A stretch of DNA of 64,000 nucleotides. Origin: Botryllus schlosseri (taxonomy: Eukaryota). The translations under genes were made by a program, and so were the position numbers. The notes below the pieces were generated by a model. The model searched no databases. It saw only the letters and a program-made list of their open reading frames with translations, and was not told the origin of the DNA. The DNA lies in contig CM119371.1 of assembly GCA_051294905.1 (NCBI GenBank), forward strand, positions 9,922,001 to 9,986,000, written 5' to 3'. Below are positions 1-12,700 of the stretch, in pieces; position 1 is the first letter of the stretch, and each line of letters begins with the position of its first letter.

Positions 1-224
1 GTCATAGAGGGTTAATCGTCTACTTTGAACTAAGCTTAAGTCACAATATTACAAGCAAACAGGGAACGTTGCAGTTCTTTCACAAGATACCGAACAATCA
101 ATATGAATTTACTGGTTTTTAACTGAACTTCACCTTGCAGAAACTTCTATAAACCACGTGGGAAAACGTATATTATCATCATCAAAACTGCAGGCATAAA
201 TCTGAATTTTCCAATATTTGGTTT

Positions 225-351
225 AGCGTTGCATAAATATGTCGTAGTTACATTTGGGGGTCAATTTCGATTTTTGGAAAAACACTGGTCAGCAAAGTTT
301 GTTTTGAAACTAATACCGGTCCGCAAGCTTAAAAAAGGTTTAGAACCACTG
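225..351. mobile_element. Right end of hAT MITE (same family as 17730-21899); the rest extends leftward
   Basis: Ends in ...AAGGTTTAGAACCACTG and aligns by eye to 21790-21899. Confidence 0.7.
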
Positions 352-561
352 GTACATATGACTGCTAAACAACAGTAGTGAACCATTGCCGATTTTAAAG
401 TATTTCCCCAGCCCAGACAAGGTTAACAAGAGTGGGAAAAGGGCAAGCATTGGGTCATTTATTTCTTTGTTACGGAAACGCTGGAAATTGGTTGGTAACG
501 AAGTATTTAAATGCGGTGATTCGATTCGATTAGCTCACTCTTAGTTATTTCATCAACATAC

Positions 562-713
562 TTTCGAGTGTGTGAGAGTGCAATTGGCGTCGCATAGTGA
601 AAGATACGTCAAGCCGTCAGCCCCGCAAATAGGATCATAAAGATCTGTGCTACAACCACAACTTCCTTTACAGCTGTATATCGATTCTCCGGGACGGTTG
701 ACACCTGGAACAT
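562..713 (-). CDS. SLCO4-like: SLCO4-like exon 9, Kazal-like extracellular loop (DVPGVN...CKGSCGCSTDLYDPICGADGLTYLSLCDANC)
   Basis: ttacag acceptor, AAA|gtatg donor, CxxxCxC...PxCGxDGxTY pattern. Confidence 0.93.
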
Positions 714-3700
714 CTGTAAGGAAATTTCGTCATTTACAAACCGAAGTGTCACTGAGCAGTAGCGAAATGTCCCCAGTGTTTAATTACACAATGTACGCCA
801 TCATCTCTCCGTCGATCTGACATATTGATGCAACTACTGCGTGAGTAAGGCGAAAGCTGTTTTGTGATCGCCTAGCTCGATGTAGCAGTGCTGCGACCAA
901 GCGGAGAATATCGATTTTGTTATCAGTCACAAGATGACAGTATACCCGCGCATTGGTCCGTAATCAGAAGCAGCGGAATCGAGGTCATAATAATGATGTA
1001 TGTATGTAACCTTGCACCCTCATGCCACTGGACTTGACCGTAACGATTGATTAACTAGCATTTTGTGGAATCACATTCCGAAAACTCAAAAACAATACAT
1101 TTAAGATGACAGTAGCTCGCAGATTAACTTCGAGCACACGTCAGCTCATGTTCGAAATATATTTGGTATAAAGCAAAATGCAAGTTCCATTTCCGGAGTT
1201 GCACTTAAATTCGAACGAAAAATTGATTTGAATTCCTCTGCCATATGTAGTCTGATGACATCTCCGACTCCAAATCTTAATCATAAGCCAGCCAGAATCC
1301 TCATATTTGGTGTTTAAAATGGAAATCAGAAGTTTAAGTGTATTTAGATACTTCAAGATGTCAGAATTCTGATACACCATTACGAGAACCTACCTGGGGT
1401 TTCGCATCTCATCAGAAACACGAATGTGCAGCACAGCGCCATACACGCGCACCCGATAGCGAATTTCAGCATCCAGCGAATTCCCGGCTTTAGCCGAGTC
1501 ACCAAATATCCTCCAACAAGATGGGAAGCGAAGGCAGCAACAATCGCGCCGATTCCTGTGACAGAATATTACCAAAATGTACAAACAGGTATTCAAAGGA
1601 ATGGCATACGCGATGCTTTCATACCGAAGTAAAGTCCGGCTTGAGACGGAGGGAAACGGAATATCGATTCCACAAATTTCGGACCGAACGTGGAAATTGC
1701 AACGATGCTGCCAGAGTCCATTGCTCCCGCTATTGATACGCATACAAGAGTGGGATTTTTAAGAACGGCCTTCAAACACCTCGGAATATCCTTGAACCTG
1801 TCATTAAAGTTATGCCGTTAGCAAAAGCCTGCCAGACAAGTCAGGCATTATCAATTTCGGAAAGATGTTTCACAAATTCACACGGTAAAGTGATCGCCGT
1901 TATAGTCCATCCCGGTTAGGTTAGGAATGAAATTACGTAAGGCAATGGTTCTTAAGCTTTTGGTAATCATCGAAAGCGACAGTCAGCTAAATGCATTCAA
2001 GGAGTCCTATCAGATTTGAAAAACTATAATATACTTCTTTCGGTACTAATACAGGGGTCATTACTAGGGCCAGTTTTTGCAACTTTTGCAACTTATTTTA
2101 CAGCTTCCGACAGCTTCTTCAATACTCGGAAGTTATGTAGCATGGCGTATTAAGCTGTTTGGAGGATTCTTATATTGCAACTTTTTGCAACTTTTTTCCA
2201 TTTTTTTCGCGCAAATTTTATTAACTTTTTTGATTTTCCATGTTTTGCCAAATTTTCCCGATAATTCATGCGACTAACGTTTTACTGGAAATATTTGACA
2301 CTATTTATGTAAATAGATCGCTTGATTATTTCACTGTCGTTTAAATTTGAGGTCCTTTTCGATTTGACGTACGTTCAGGCTAGACCGCCGAAAATTATAT
2401 TTTCACTGGACCAATTGTTTCAGGCTATTGATTTTGTTGAAGACGCCAACATTGAGTTTGCTACAGTACCTTAGATACGGATTGATTCGAGTATCTCATA
2501 CCCTAATAATTTCGAGGAACATTTCCACGAATGCAACTTTTTAGTGCAACGCTGTGCAAAGTTAATGCAACTTTTTACTGCAACTTTCGTAAAAAATAAA
2601 TGGAACTTTCCACGAACTTGACTGGAACAAAAAGTTGCCCTAGTTATTACCCATAAATTAAGAGATCAAAATCGACCTCAAATCAATGATACGCTGTTTT
2701 CGAAAAGGTAAATTATATGCACGCTACTGGAATTCCATATAAATTACCTACATAGATGAAAATTATTATAGTTTCGATCAATTGTTGAGCTGTGGCATCT
2801 CGAGGAATTGACATCTAGTTGCCACTGTCTGGACGAGGTTGCTCAATTATTTGCCTTCAACACGCGTTATCAGGATTGACCGATTTCAAGTCGGTAAATG
2901 GCACAGTCATACCATTATTGCTACAGAGTCCACTGTGTTTGTTCATTTAGATATCCACCATCCCAATGAACACTGATAGCCCAATTACCCCTTAGCAAAC
3001 AAGTATGAGTGTCTCGAAGAGTTAAGCTGGGCCGAAACCCCGAAACTGACTCAGCGAACCCCTGGTGCTCTACTGAACGAATCCAGATTAAGAACCACAC
3101 TGACGTAAGTTCGCGTAAGTTAAAAAACACGATTAGGTTGTGTTCAGTCAGAGAGTTAGGATGGGGTGTATTGGCAAGGGTGGGTTAACGTTGGCGTTTG
3201 CTTTGAGTTTGATTACGACTTAAGTTGCGGCCAGGGAGACCTGCCTGCCATCAGAGGTAAGCGACAAAGCGACACAGCACCGTATTACTGGAAACATTCT
3301 GTACGAAATAGCAACTGTATCCATTTGTCTGCATTAACAGAAATGAAATATCGAATATAATCATCTGCAGCCAGATGACTAAATGAGGTCAGCACCGAGT
3401 AGCAAAACATTTTGCTGTTGATATTTGTAATATTCCTGGTGCTTTGCGAGGACAATGGTCGATATTCTTTAATAATATTCCACATCTGCAGACTAGTAAC
3501 ACAGCTAACTTAGGGGACTTTTCAGTACACTGATTACGCGGAACAGATGGCGAGGAGGGGCCTAGATAAAACTCCAACACTTGTGATGTGATTTTAGAGT
3601 CGACCTCAGTCGGACTCGAACCCGCAACCTATTGGTGTTGCAGCTGTGGGTCATACCATTATTGTATCTCCCCATACAGCGAAACATTTTGCGACCACCG

Positions 3701-6700
3701 GGGAAATGGTCATTGCGAATGGTATGCGGTATGCTAACTGGTTTTCTAATTTGTCTTGGTCTAGTTGGTAGCTATAAGCTAAGGATCAAAAGGCCGGGGA
3801 TATCCTAAAATAATTCAGATATGAATTTGCTGACTTTGCATATGAATGTTTCTGACAAAATTCACCAAGTACGTCAAATATTTTCATGCCCTCGACGTGA
3901 GTTTGTGTACTCGAATTGGTTTTCTTAGCATTGGTGATTTTGAAACCTACCAACCCGTCCAAATTTTCAAAATCACCTTCTTATATGCTCATCGTAGCTA
4001 ATCGTGTTTCTTACCAACGTGGGATAGGACCTGCATGTGCTAATTTCGTTGTTTGTAATCATATATTCAATTCAAGTCCGCCGGTATTGCGTTCGTTTTC
4101 ACGCACCTTTTCCCGAAATTATCGTCACCCCTCGCTTGTAAAGCTTCGGCATTCTGATGGATCTCGTTCTCCCGTCCCACGCGGAATCGCGACGTATTGG
4201 GAAGTTGCTTCGGGAAAAGTATAATCGGCACTGAAATCACGATAACGCAAACGCCGCCAATGAGGAATCCGAGCCACCAATTGCCGATCCAAAATGCTGA
4301 GCTCTCGTCGATATCGATTCTGTTAGCGATAGCGAAAAAAAAAGTTTCAGCTCAGTTCATTACTAATGATACCCTCGGACCATCACATCAAAAGATCGCG
4401 ATACAATGAATGATAGGATGTCGACGCAAATGATTTGATATATTCCAGATCATGCTTGTGCGTAGGTACGTATTGGAAGGTATGAAAGTAGGCACGTAGG
4501 GTTAATGACCGCGTTATAATTCTGAGTTAAAGATTGTTTCCGAGTACCACTAAGGTTGCATTTGAAACAAATATTTTTTCAAAACACTTTGGTTGAAACA
4601 TGTTTTGAACAGTGTTGTAAACAAATGCCTTTCAACATAATTGTGATTTTTTTTCAGTTGTAAAATTATATGCCAAAATAGTGTAAATAATTTTCAAAAA
4701 CATGTTGTATTAGCTTTCGGACAATTACCACCAGGTATAGCCGACGCATATCGATATGGGTTGGCTGGAACCCTCAAAATATTCGGTTCAACAGCTGTAG
4801 TACAGATATTTCGGCAAAGGAGCAATATTTACCCTATATTTTCAATTGTCAATGTCAGTCAACTATGACGTCACAATTGAATGTTTGCGACGGCACGGCT
4901 TAAAATAAAAGAAGATATGAAAATCATGTTTTAAACAAGGGCCTCGATTTTAAAGGTGTTTGTTTTAAATTGATTCTTGTTTTAAATGCAACCCTATGTA
5001 CCACCCTTTATGGCGCTTTGGGTGTGAATACATAGTTTTTCATCCTCTTTTAGTTTTGAAATTGGTTATCAGTTCACTGATTGAATTTGCGGTAAGAAGC
5101 CCCCATACCACGGTAACTGAATACATTTTCGAAGTTAGCACTTATTTATGGTGTGATAAGTCATTCTGTGTTACTTGCTAAGACTTATCTTGTATTTTCG
5201 AGTGTATAGCCACCTGCAATGGACCGCCAAAATCATTTGCACGTCGACCAAATATACTTTTTCACCACTCAATTGAGTATTTTTTCAGGTCTTACCTTTG
5301 TACTTCTACTCCAAGTAGTTGAGATATGTTTCGCAAGTCACTAGAAATTGATGTATTTGACTCGTTTGCAAGCAGTGCAATGTGTATGAAAGCACAGTGA
5401 CGCACCGTATAGTGAAGTTTACTGAATTAGCTTCATGCGCTATTGTGTAAATCGGTAATATACAAGATTTGGATTTGCAGTGTTCACATGGTGTAGAGAT
5501 AGAAGTACTCTGGAACATAACCACGTTAATAAGTATCGCCCGAAGACAAAACCTGATTGACTATCTTGAAGTGACCCTCTTGAAATGTAAGTGTTGCATA
5601 TAGTGTTGCATTTAAAACAAATGGTGTTTTAAAACACACGGATGATTTGCACCCAGTATAGTCCACGTATACGATATGGAGAGGCTGGAACCCTCGAAAT
5701 CGTCGTCGGTTAACAGTTATGGCAAGTAAATATAGATCATTGGCACGGAATAGGTGTTTTGATGATCATGACCACCGACCATAAGAATTCCGCATAACGA
5801 TAGTCCTTGTTAAATATGTTTTTGGTCTGTTTATGCCAGTGATCGGAAGCCCTTTTCGTCATAGGAGCCATATTTACCTTATTTTTTTCAATTTTTAATG
5901 CCAATACACTGTGGCGACACAATCATCGATTCGTGATGTCAGGGCGAAAAATAAATAAAAACATGTTTTAAACAATGTTTTAAATTGATGTTTGTTTTAA
6001 ATGCAACCCATAGTTGCATATTTTCGGCACGGGAACTTGGAATATTCAACTATAACGTCGACACCCTTCGAAATCCCGTTCTTCCTTTTATTTATATAAT
6101 CGGCAGTACTTACTCTTCTCCCAAGTTCGTGTATAAGCGGATAAAGGCACCGCCTGCGATGAATCCGATTCCAGGACCAGCTACGGAAAATGCGAAATAA
6201 ATCCCTGCGAAAAAAGGACACGGCGTCGACTTTAACAGATACTTTGTAAAATTAAATTGGATCGAAATCATATCAGCTAAGTTAACTATCTGTTACCGGA
6301 GACAAGCTGAATGCCACTGGGATAGCGACATGGTAAATCGAGAGGACCGAATTCGACTAGGTAGGTCATTTAGTCACGACGTTGGTTCACTGTGCGAGCA
6401 TTTAATGGTGCGGTATTTCACAATGTATATAGGCTTTATGAGTTTAAATAGCTGGTTCGTGGTACAGAACTTGAATATAGCTTTCAATACAATATCCATT
6501 GTAGAATAATATTTATTAACTCGAAGACTTTTCGGGTGCCTCTTTTCAAGAGTTATCGGCACACTAAAGGGATTTAAACAGATTTAAAAGCAAAACCAAA
6601 AAGGCAAAGTATGACGCAATAATCAAAATCACAAACCATGAAATTCGCATTGTACCAATGGCAACAATAACAAACTATGAAGTAAGTGCCGATAACTCTT

Positions 6701-9700
6701 GAAAAGAGGCACCCGAAAAGTCTTCGAGTTAATAAATATTATTCTACAATGGATATTGTATTGAAACCTTTATGAGTTGGCAGCACATTTTCAGAGTGTT
6801 GACGTATGTTCTCCAAAATATAGAACTCATTCTTCTAGCAAAGTGGATTTAACTTTTTCCTACTAAACGTGATTCTGCTGTCATTCAGCATCACATTTGG
6901 TTCACATTGAGTCGGCGGCTTTAACTCTGGTGCGGAATTAAGCTTAAACGCCAATATCCGTAGCTGTCAGTGAGTAAAATAAAATACAACCTTATGACTA
7001 TCGCATTATTTCGTGGTGAATTATAATTAGGTATGTAAGCACAGGCGCATATCATCTTATGTATGAGTGTAATAGTCTCACCTGATTTCATCAAGTGCGG
7101 AATGGAGTAATCTACTTACCGTGGTACAATGGGGTCTCGTTTTTCTTGACGTTTGCATCTAGATACGTGATCACCAATGTGAAGAGTCCGCAAGCACCGA
7201 TTCCATGCAATATATGCCCGACGATGAAGAAAGCCCTGTGATATTAAACGAAAAATCAGCACTGACATACGACCGACCTTCAACATCGACAAGTTGGGGA
7301 TCGGACTGCAGTTGAAAGAAAGCTGCCGGTTTGTTCAAAGGTGAGATTAGTGTTCTCTTGAGATGAGATCTTCCTGAACACGTGTTTAAGTAAGTTAGAT
7401 GTTGAAAAACCTGTTTTACAAGCTAATACACTTCAAGTGCATAAACGAATGGACCGTATCGGAATGCTTAGGATGGTTAATCAAGTGGAAAGCATCTAAC
7501 ATGAAGTTTATGTCTGTAAAAAATGATATATTGCTTAAAGCTCACCGATAAACTTTAAGATACTCTTTCCCACATTGCGCAAGCGACATGTCGTCGGAAC
7601 ATATATAGGAGTCTGTCTCTGGGATTTTATACGTGGGCGCGACGAAATGCGGGAGCGAAAACGTGATGGATCCCAGCCCCATGATGAAAACGCCCCAGCC
7701 GATCCACTGCGGCTTATGGCCTCTGCCGCCGACGTAGGTTACGAAAAAGACGACTATCAGAAAACCCAAATCGTAGCATCCCGCGATGAATCCCGTTTCT
7801 GAGCTTTGTAGATGAAACCTATAAGGGAATACCGGATCTATTACTCAATAATCAGAATTTATGATTAATCATATTCATTCGACTTTTTCGGAGTACTGAA
7901 GTCAGTCTTTCCTATGCTTACACAACACCGTAAGCCCGCAGGTGAAAATAGGTATATTTAGTAGATTCCCACCATAACGCGAAGTGTCAATCAGGCTCTG
8001 TCTGGTACTAAAATCTGCTTATACACCTTTCCAGAGCGTGGAAACGAGTTAAATAAACCAATCCTGGTTGAGATATATCCCTGGAGTGTATAGTCGGCTA
8101 TGTTCACGTGTATTGTCTTTATGGGATTTATCTCGTGAGTATTGGAGTATCTGACTTCTTTTGAACTGTAGAAAAGGTGTGAAAGTATAACAGGGCAGCT
8201 TAAATTACTGCTCACTTGATTTATATCCCAAGCTAGGGTGACAATCGTTGTTGCTGTTGTTGTTGTTGAATAAGTTTAATATTGGTCCGCGACTTCAAAT
8301 GGTCTTTTGCACCAGATCTATGACGAGAGTATTATATATAGTTTTATGTCTTTATAGCTCTCGACCAGTTAGTAGGGCATATTCTATCAGAGTACCCATG
8401 GCGAGAGGATTGACCTGTAATGTTTCCAAGCGGAAAGGAACGGCGTCTCCTATTCGGTGACAATCGTCGAAACACACGATTGTCATTACAGTGCGTGCAC
8501 ATATGCTCAAGTGGTTATGTTTTTAAACTACTTCCACTTTTACTTGAACAGTTTCGGGGCAAACTACTACTTGGTGTTTAAAATTTGGATTTTTAAGAGT
8601 GAAAAGTAGTTTCGAGAAAAATTTACATCTCTTTTAAAAATTATAGAAACGTGCGTAATAGCCCGTCATTCACGTTACATGAATATAAACGTTCAAACAG
8701 TAAGCGTGCATGCAGCGTAATTTGCGATTTAACGGTAGTCGCGAAGATAGCGTTGTGCTACGTTCCACAGCTGCAAAACCAATGGATTACTAGTTATAGG
8801 GCGGTCCATAATTTATATGCAACCGGTTGAGGTTTATCTCGGCTCTTCCTCGCCATGATATCCGCGTAAGCGGTGTGTTACAATAATCCTAAAACAGGGG
8901 CGGTCAACCCATGGCCCGCGAGAAGGTTTTGTGTGTCACGCGAGGTAATTCTCGAAATTAGTTATGACATTAGGTAAAATTGCAAGGCCAACCAAAATTT
9001 GATTAGCCTGACCGCGAAATTTGATGATGACTAAAACATCCGTTTCGGCGCATTGGCGTAACCAGGGGCCAGCCACATTTACCTCGGATCTTGGTATATA
9101 TCGCCACGAGGCAGAATATTTCGTTGAAGATTTATTTGGCGTGAATTTTTTCTTAACACTTCGCATGATGTATTGTCACTCGATTTCATGCATTTAGTAT
9201 TGGAGCCCCCTCCTGAACATTATAAATACGCGTAATTTACTGAATTGAGTCCAACTATATTCGCAATTAATGGATAACGTGTCGTCCAACATGCGACTTC
9301 GCTGGTGCGCTCGCAGCGACATCGCAGGCGATGAAACATTTGCACAAAATGACAGAGGCATGTTTCCCGAAACCTTCGATATTGCTATGTCTAAACGCCG
9401 ACTATTCCTGTCCTTGCCAAATGAGCTCTATTTATCGAATTCATTCAATACCTTTGAGAAGATTTCGCGCTGCGCGCGACCAGGACATGAATGCGAACTG
9501 CACAGTTACACACAGAGTTTTCATGACATGACTGTTACCAATTTTCAAGTGTGGTAATATAAGTCTTGTTTTCAACGTTACCTAATTCGGTTCGCTCCTA
9601 ACTGACGACTAGAATTAGGTCATCAATATTCCAGGGACACGCGCAATGGTTCGTGAATCTCATGTGGCCCTTAGGCCGAGAAGGTTGGCCACCCCTGGCC

Positions 9701-12700
9701 GAAAACGACAGTGAGCCATGCTGCAAGTAAGCAGATCACAAATCGTAATAATAAATATCGCCAGGTGCAACATCATAGATGATCTTATCAGAGGAAAGAC
9801 CGTATGAATACCATAACACAACATGCATATTGCCATTTAAAAAGTAGACACCTCCGATTGATTGCTAATAGCATTCGAACCATTGACCAAATCTAGATAT
9901 TGAAACTAATCATTGGAGTAACTTTCTGTTCCCACTTCAGGTAATTTTACATGGCTTGGGAATTTGGCGCGGAGATAATAAAGTTAAAGTGATCCGGGAG
10001 AATGCTAATCATGTGTTTAAAAACCGCTAATCGACGCGCATTTTAGGCGGAGATAATAAAGTTAGCTGATCCGGAGAATGCTAATCGTGTGATAAAATAC
10101 CGCTAATCGCGACGCGTAAAGTTGGAAAAGTTTGCGGGCCATGATTAGTCGAGGTGTTCCCGAGTTTTCAATCAAGTGACGTTATCTGTTGCATCATAAT
10201 TCCAAAAGGCGTTATTAGTTGTCAGTTGTCAATTTGTTGAATGAAACAGCATGCTGCTGATAACAACACTGCCACTGTAGTAGAATTATCATCATCATCA
10301 TCGCGAAATGAAAGTAGTGTCCATTTAGTACGGTGCAGCTAAAAAACGATTTATAGAATACTGATATCGCTCAGCAATGGTGAATACATAGTTAGTTCGT
10401 TGATTGTTTAGTGAAGCCTAGGAGACAGTCGGCACGGTCATTAATGGAGATATTTGCGCGTAGGTTTGTTAACTCATGACATCAAAACTAACTTTATGCG
10501 CTGCGATGAACTGGTATCCTTAATCCTGGTTCGATAAATCCTTACGAACGCGATTATCCGTTTAATTGCTAATCCAATTTTATTATCTACGTCCTTATAC
10601 TTCTACTTTTCACATCTCATAAACGCCAACTACTTTGATCACCTCCGTATTCAAGTATCATAAATGTGTATGTGTATGAATCAAAGTCACAGCCATGGAT
10701 AATTCCTAACTTGTCCCGCGCCAATACTTAGCAACGTGACTGCTGGTGTTGCTATTTGCAATAGTGAAGTTATTTTGAAATATATACAAACGTAACAAAC
10801 CACACAACGAGGAAACACCCACAAAATTAAGATTTCCTGCACGCGATTAGTCACGTACAATCCGCTGGATTCTTTCACCAGCTGCCGCTACTATGCGAGC
10901 CCTACGGGCATTGGATTGTTCGGGAATAGGAAACAATGAATTATCCCTATCGCGAACTTATAGCAATATTTTGAGTTGCTGCGTGAGTTCATAAATGAAC
11001 ACTTTTGCGGCAGACAGTAAATGAAATTTATTGTTAAACGATGACAATTTATTTATAACCCAAATGGATTTAATATACCATTCGTAACCTTCAAACGTGT
11101 TATTAGTGCACGAATGTACATGTCACAAATGGCAAGAACAGCGATATAAGCACGAACAATTATTGAAAGGGCTCTTCGTGGTGGCGTGCTTCATTTATAA
11201 TGAGTAGATTGATCTTATCGCAGTTAGTAATTTAGAGATTCGAGTGAATTATTTACGGGCTACTTTCTGTAGCATAAACGTTGGCGCTACTGACATCGAG
11301 ACCGTAGTCTCGCTACCTTCAGTGTAAATAAAACAGCGCCGTTGAGCTAACATCACTTGCAATACTAGAATCAATTTTTCTGTTATACCTAACATGGCTA
11401 TTGGCTATATCTGTTGAAGGAACTTCTGCATAAGGAAAATGCATTGATGAATGCTTATTTGTGTTTTAAGTCACCAAATCGTCATAAAAAAATCATAAAT
11501 AATTACTACTAACAAATTGTCACGTCTCGGTGGGGCAAATGCCTTTACGTGATTTTATACAACGTGAGGTTATTTTATATCGGCCTGGTAACTGAATTAT
11601 GACATCTCGATTTCCGTGAGCGTGTGCTGTCGCGACTATAAATAACACAGCGACATTGAATATCTAAATTTCCTACATCGGGCTATCAAGAGAGTAAGAT
11701 ATCACATGTGGTATGTAGCCTTTCGTGTTGTTTGTGGACAAGCATGCGATATGTGGTATGGCTGAGTTTCAACGCATTTATTCGATGAATAAAGTCCATC
11801 ATTAATCATCGCATACATTGCTTCGATCAGAACTAAATTCCTTGACATTACGTTACGCTCGTGCCTTTGGTGTTTCTGTACCAATGTCACGAAACGGACA
11901 GATTGGCTGCAGAGTGTGGTGACGTCTCAAACGATTCAAACGGTTCACACGCACGTAATATCGAGCGTGATATCCCTGCCAAGGAGGGATGGTAACGTGA
12001 TTTGCAGTAGACCGTGACAAATGCCGCGGTCAAGTAATGGTATGAAAACTCCTGATGGATGTATCGAGTTATACCTCTTTTCGATGGTGCTGATGATGAT
12101 ATTAATCAACCCGTTGACAATCATTCCTTGAAATAATACCGCCAGAGACAGCAGACATAAGAAGCACTTTGCGTTGTTAAGGCAGTCGAGGAAAGGGAAG
12201 CGAATTCTGAAAATAAAACATACCCTTGAAAACACGTTCATAAAATGTTTACCGCAGTGAACTATATTATCTAATGCTATACTATAGCATTCAAATAGTT
12301 GATATTTAGCGGCTACGACTATGGATAATGATTGAAGCTAAATACAATGTCAAATGCTACTTATACTGCATTCCAGTTGTATCAAATTTTTGGCTCAAGT
12401 TAAGTCCAGAACAATAAGGTGCTGTCCGTATCAACAGCACGGTGGGTGTAAATCGTGTGCAGATTTTCAGCCAACCAAGGAGGAAATCTTCCGCAGCATC
12501 AAGCTTTCCGATTCGAGCAGGAATGCAAATATTATTCACGGATACGGCATTATGGTCTATTTCCATTCGCAAGCAATTGCATACAGAAATTATGCGCAAC
12601 TACTCGATTGAAAAAAGTCGCACGTCATTAGTCTAACTATCAACACGAAGCCCACATAGTATTGCCGCTCTATCGGGAATATTTTCTAGAGTCTGCTCGA

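Larger units (their letters stand above)
6445..6767. mobile_element. Penelope-like element pseudo-LTR insertion with partial inverted duplication
   Basis: Perfect 81-bp inverted repeat (6482-6562 / 6686-6766), asymmetric flanks, 11-bp direct repeat CTTTATGAGTT (6434-6444, 6768-6778), hammerhead motif followed by AATAAA in each arm. Confidence 0.72.

Noticed and set aside
134..201. Possible next SLCO exon (IYACSFDDD...)
   Set aside because: No OATP-like Cys/TM10 pattern, and it probably lies inside the hAT MITE ending at 351
1385..1420. Minus-strand CTGATGA-GATGC-GAAAC-CCCAG-GTA looks like a hammerhead core
   Set aside because: No stem I pairing; it is explained by the codons LMRCETP plus the splice donor
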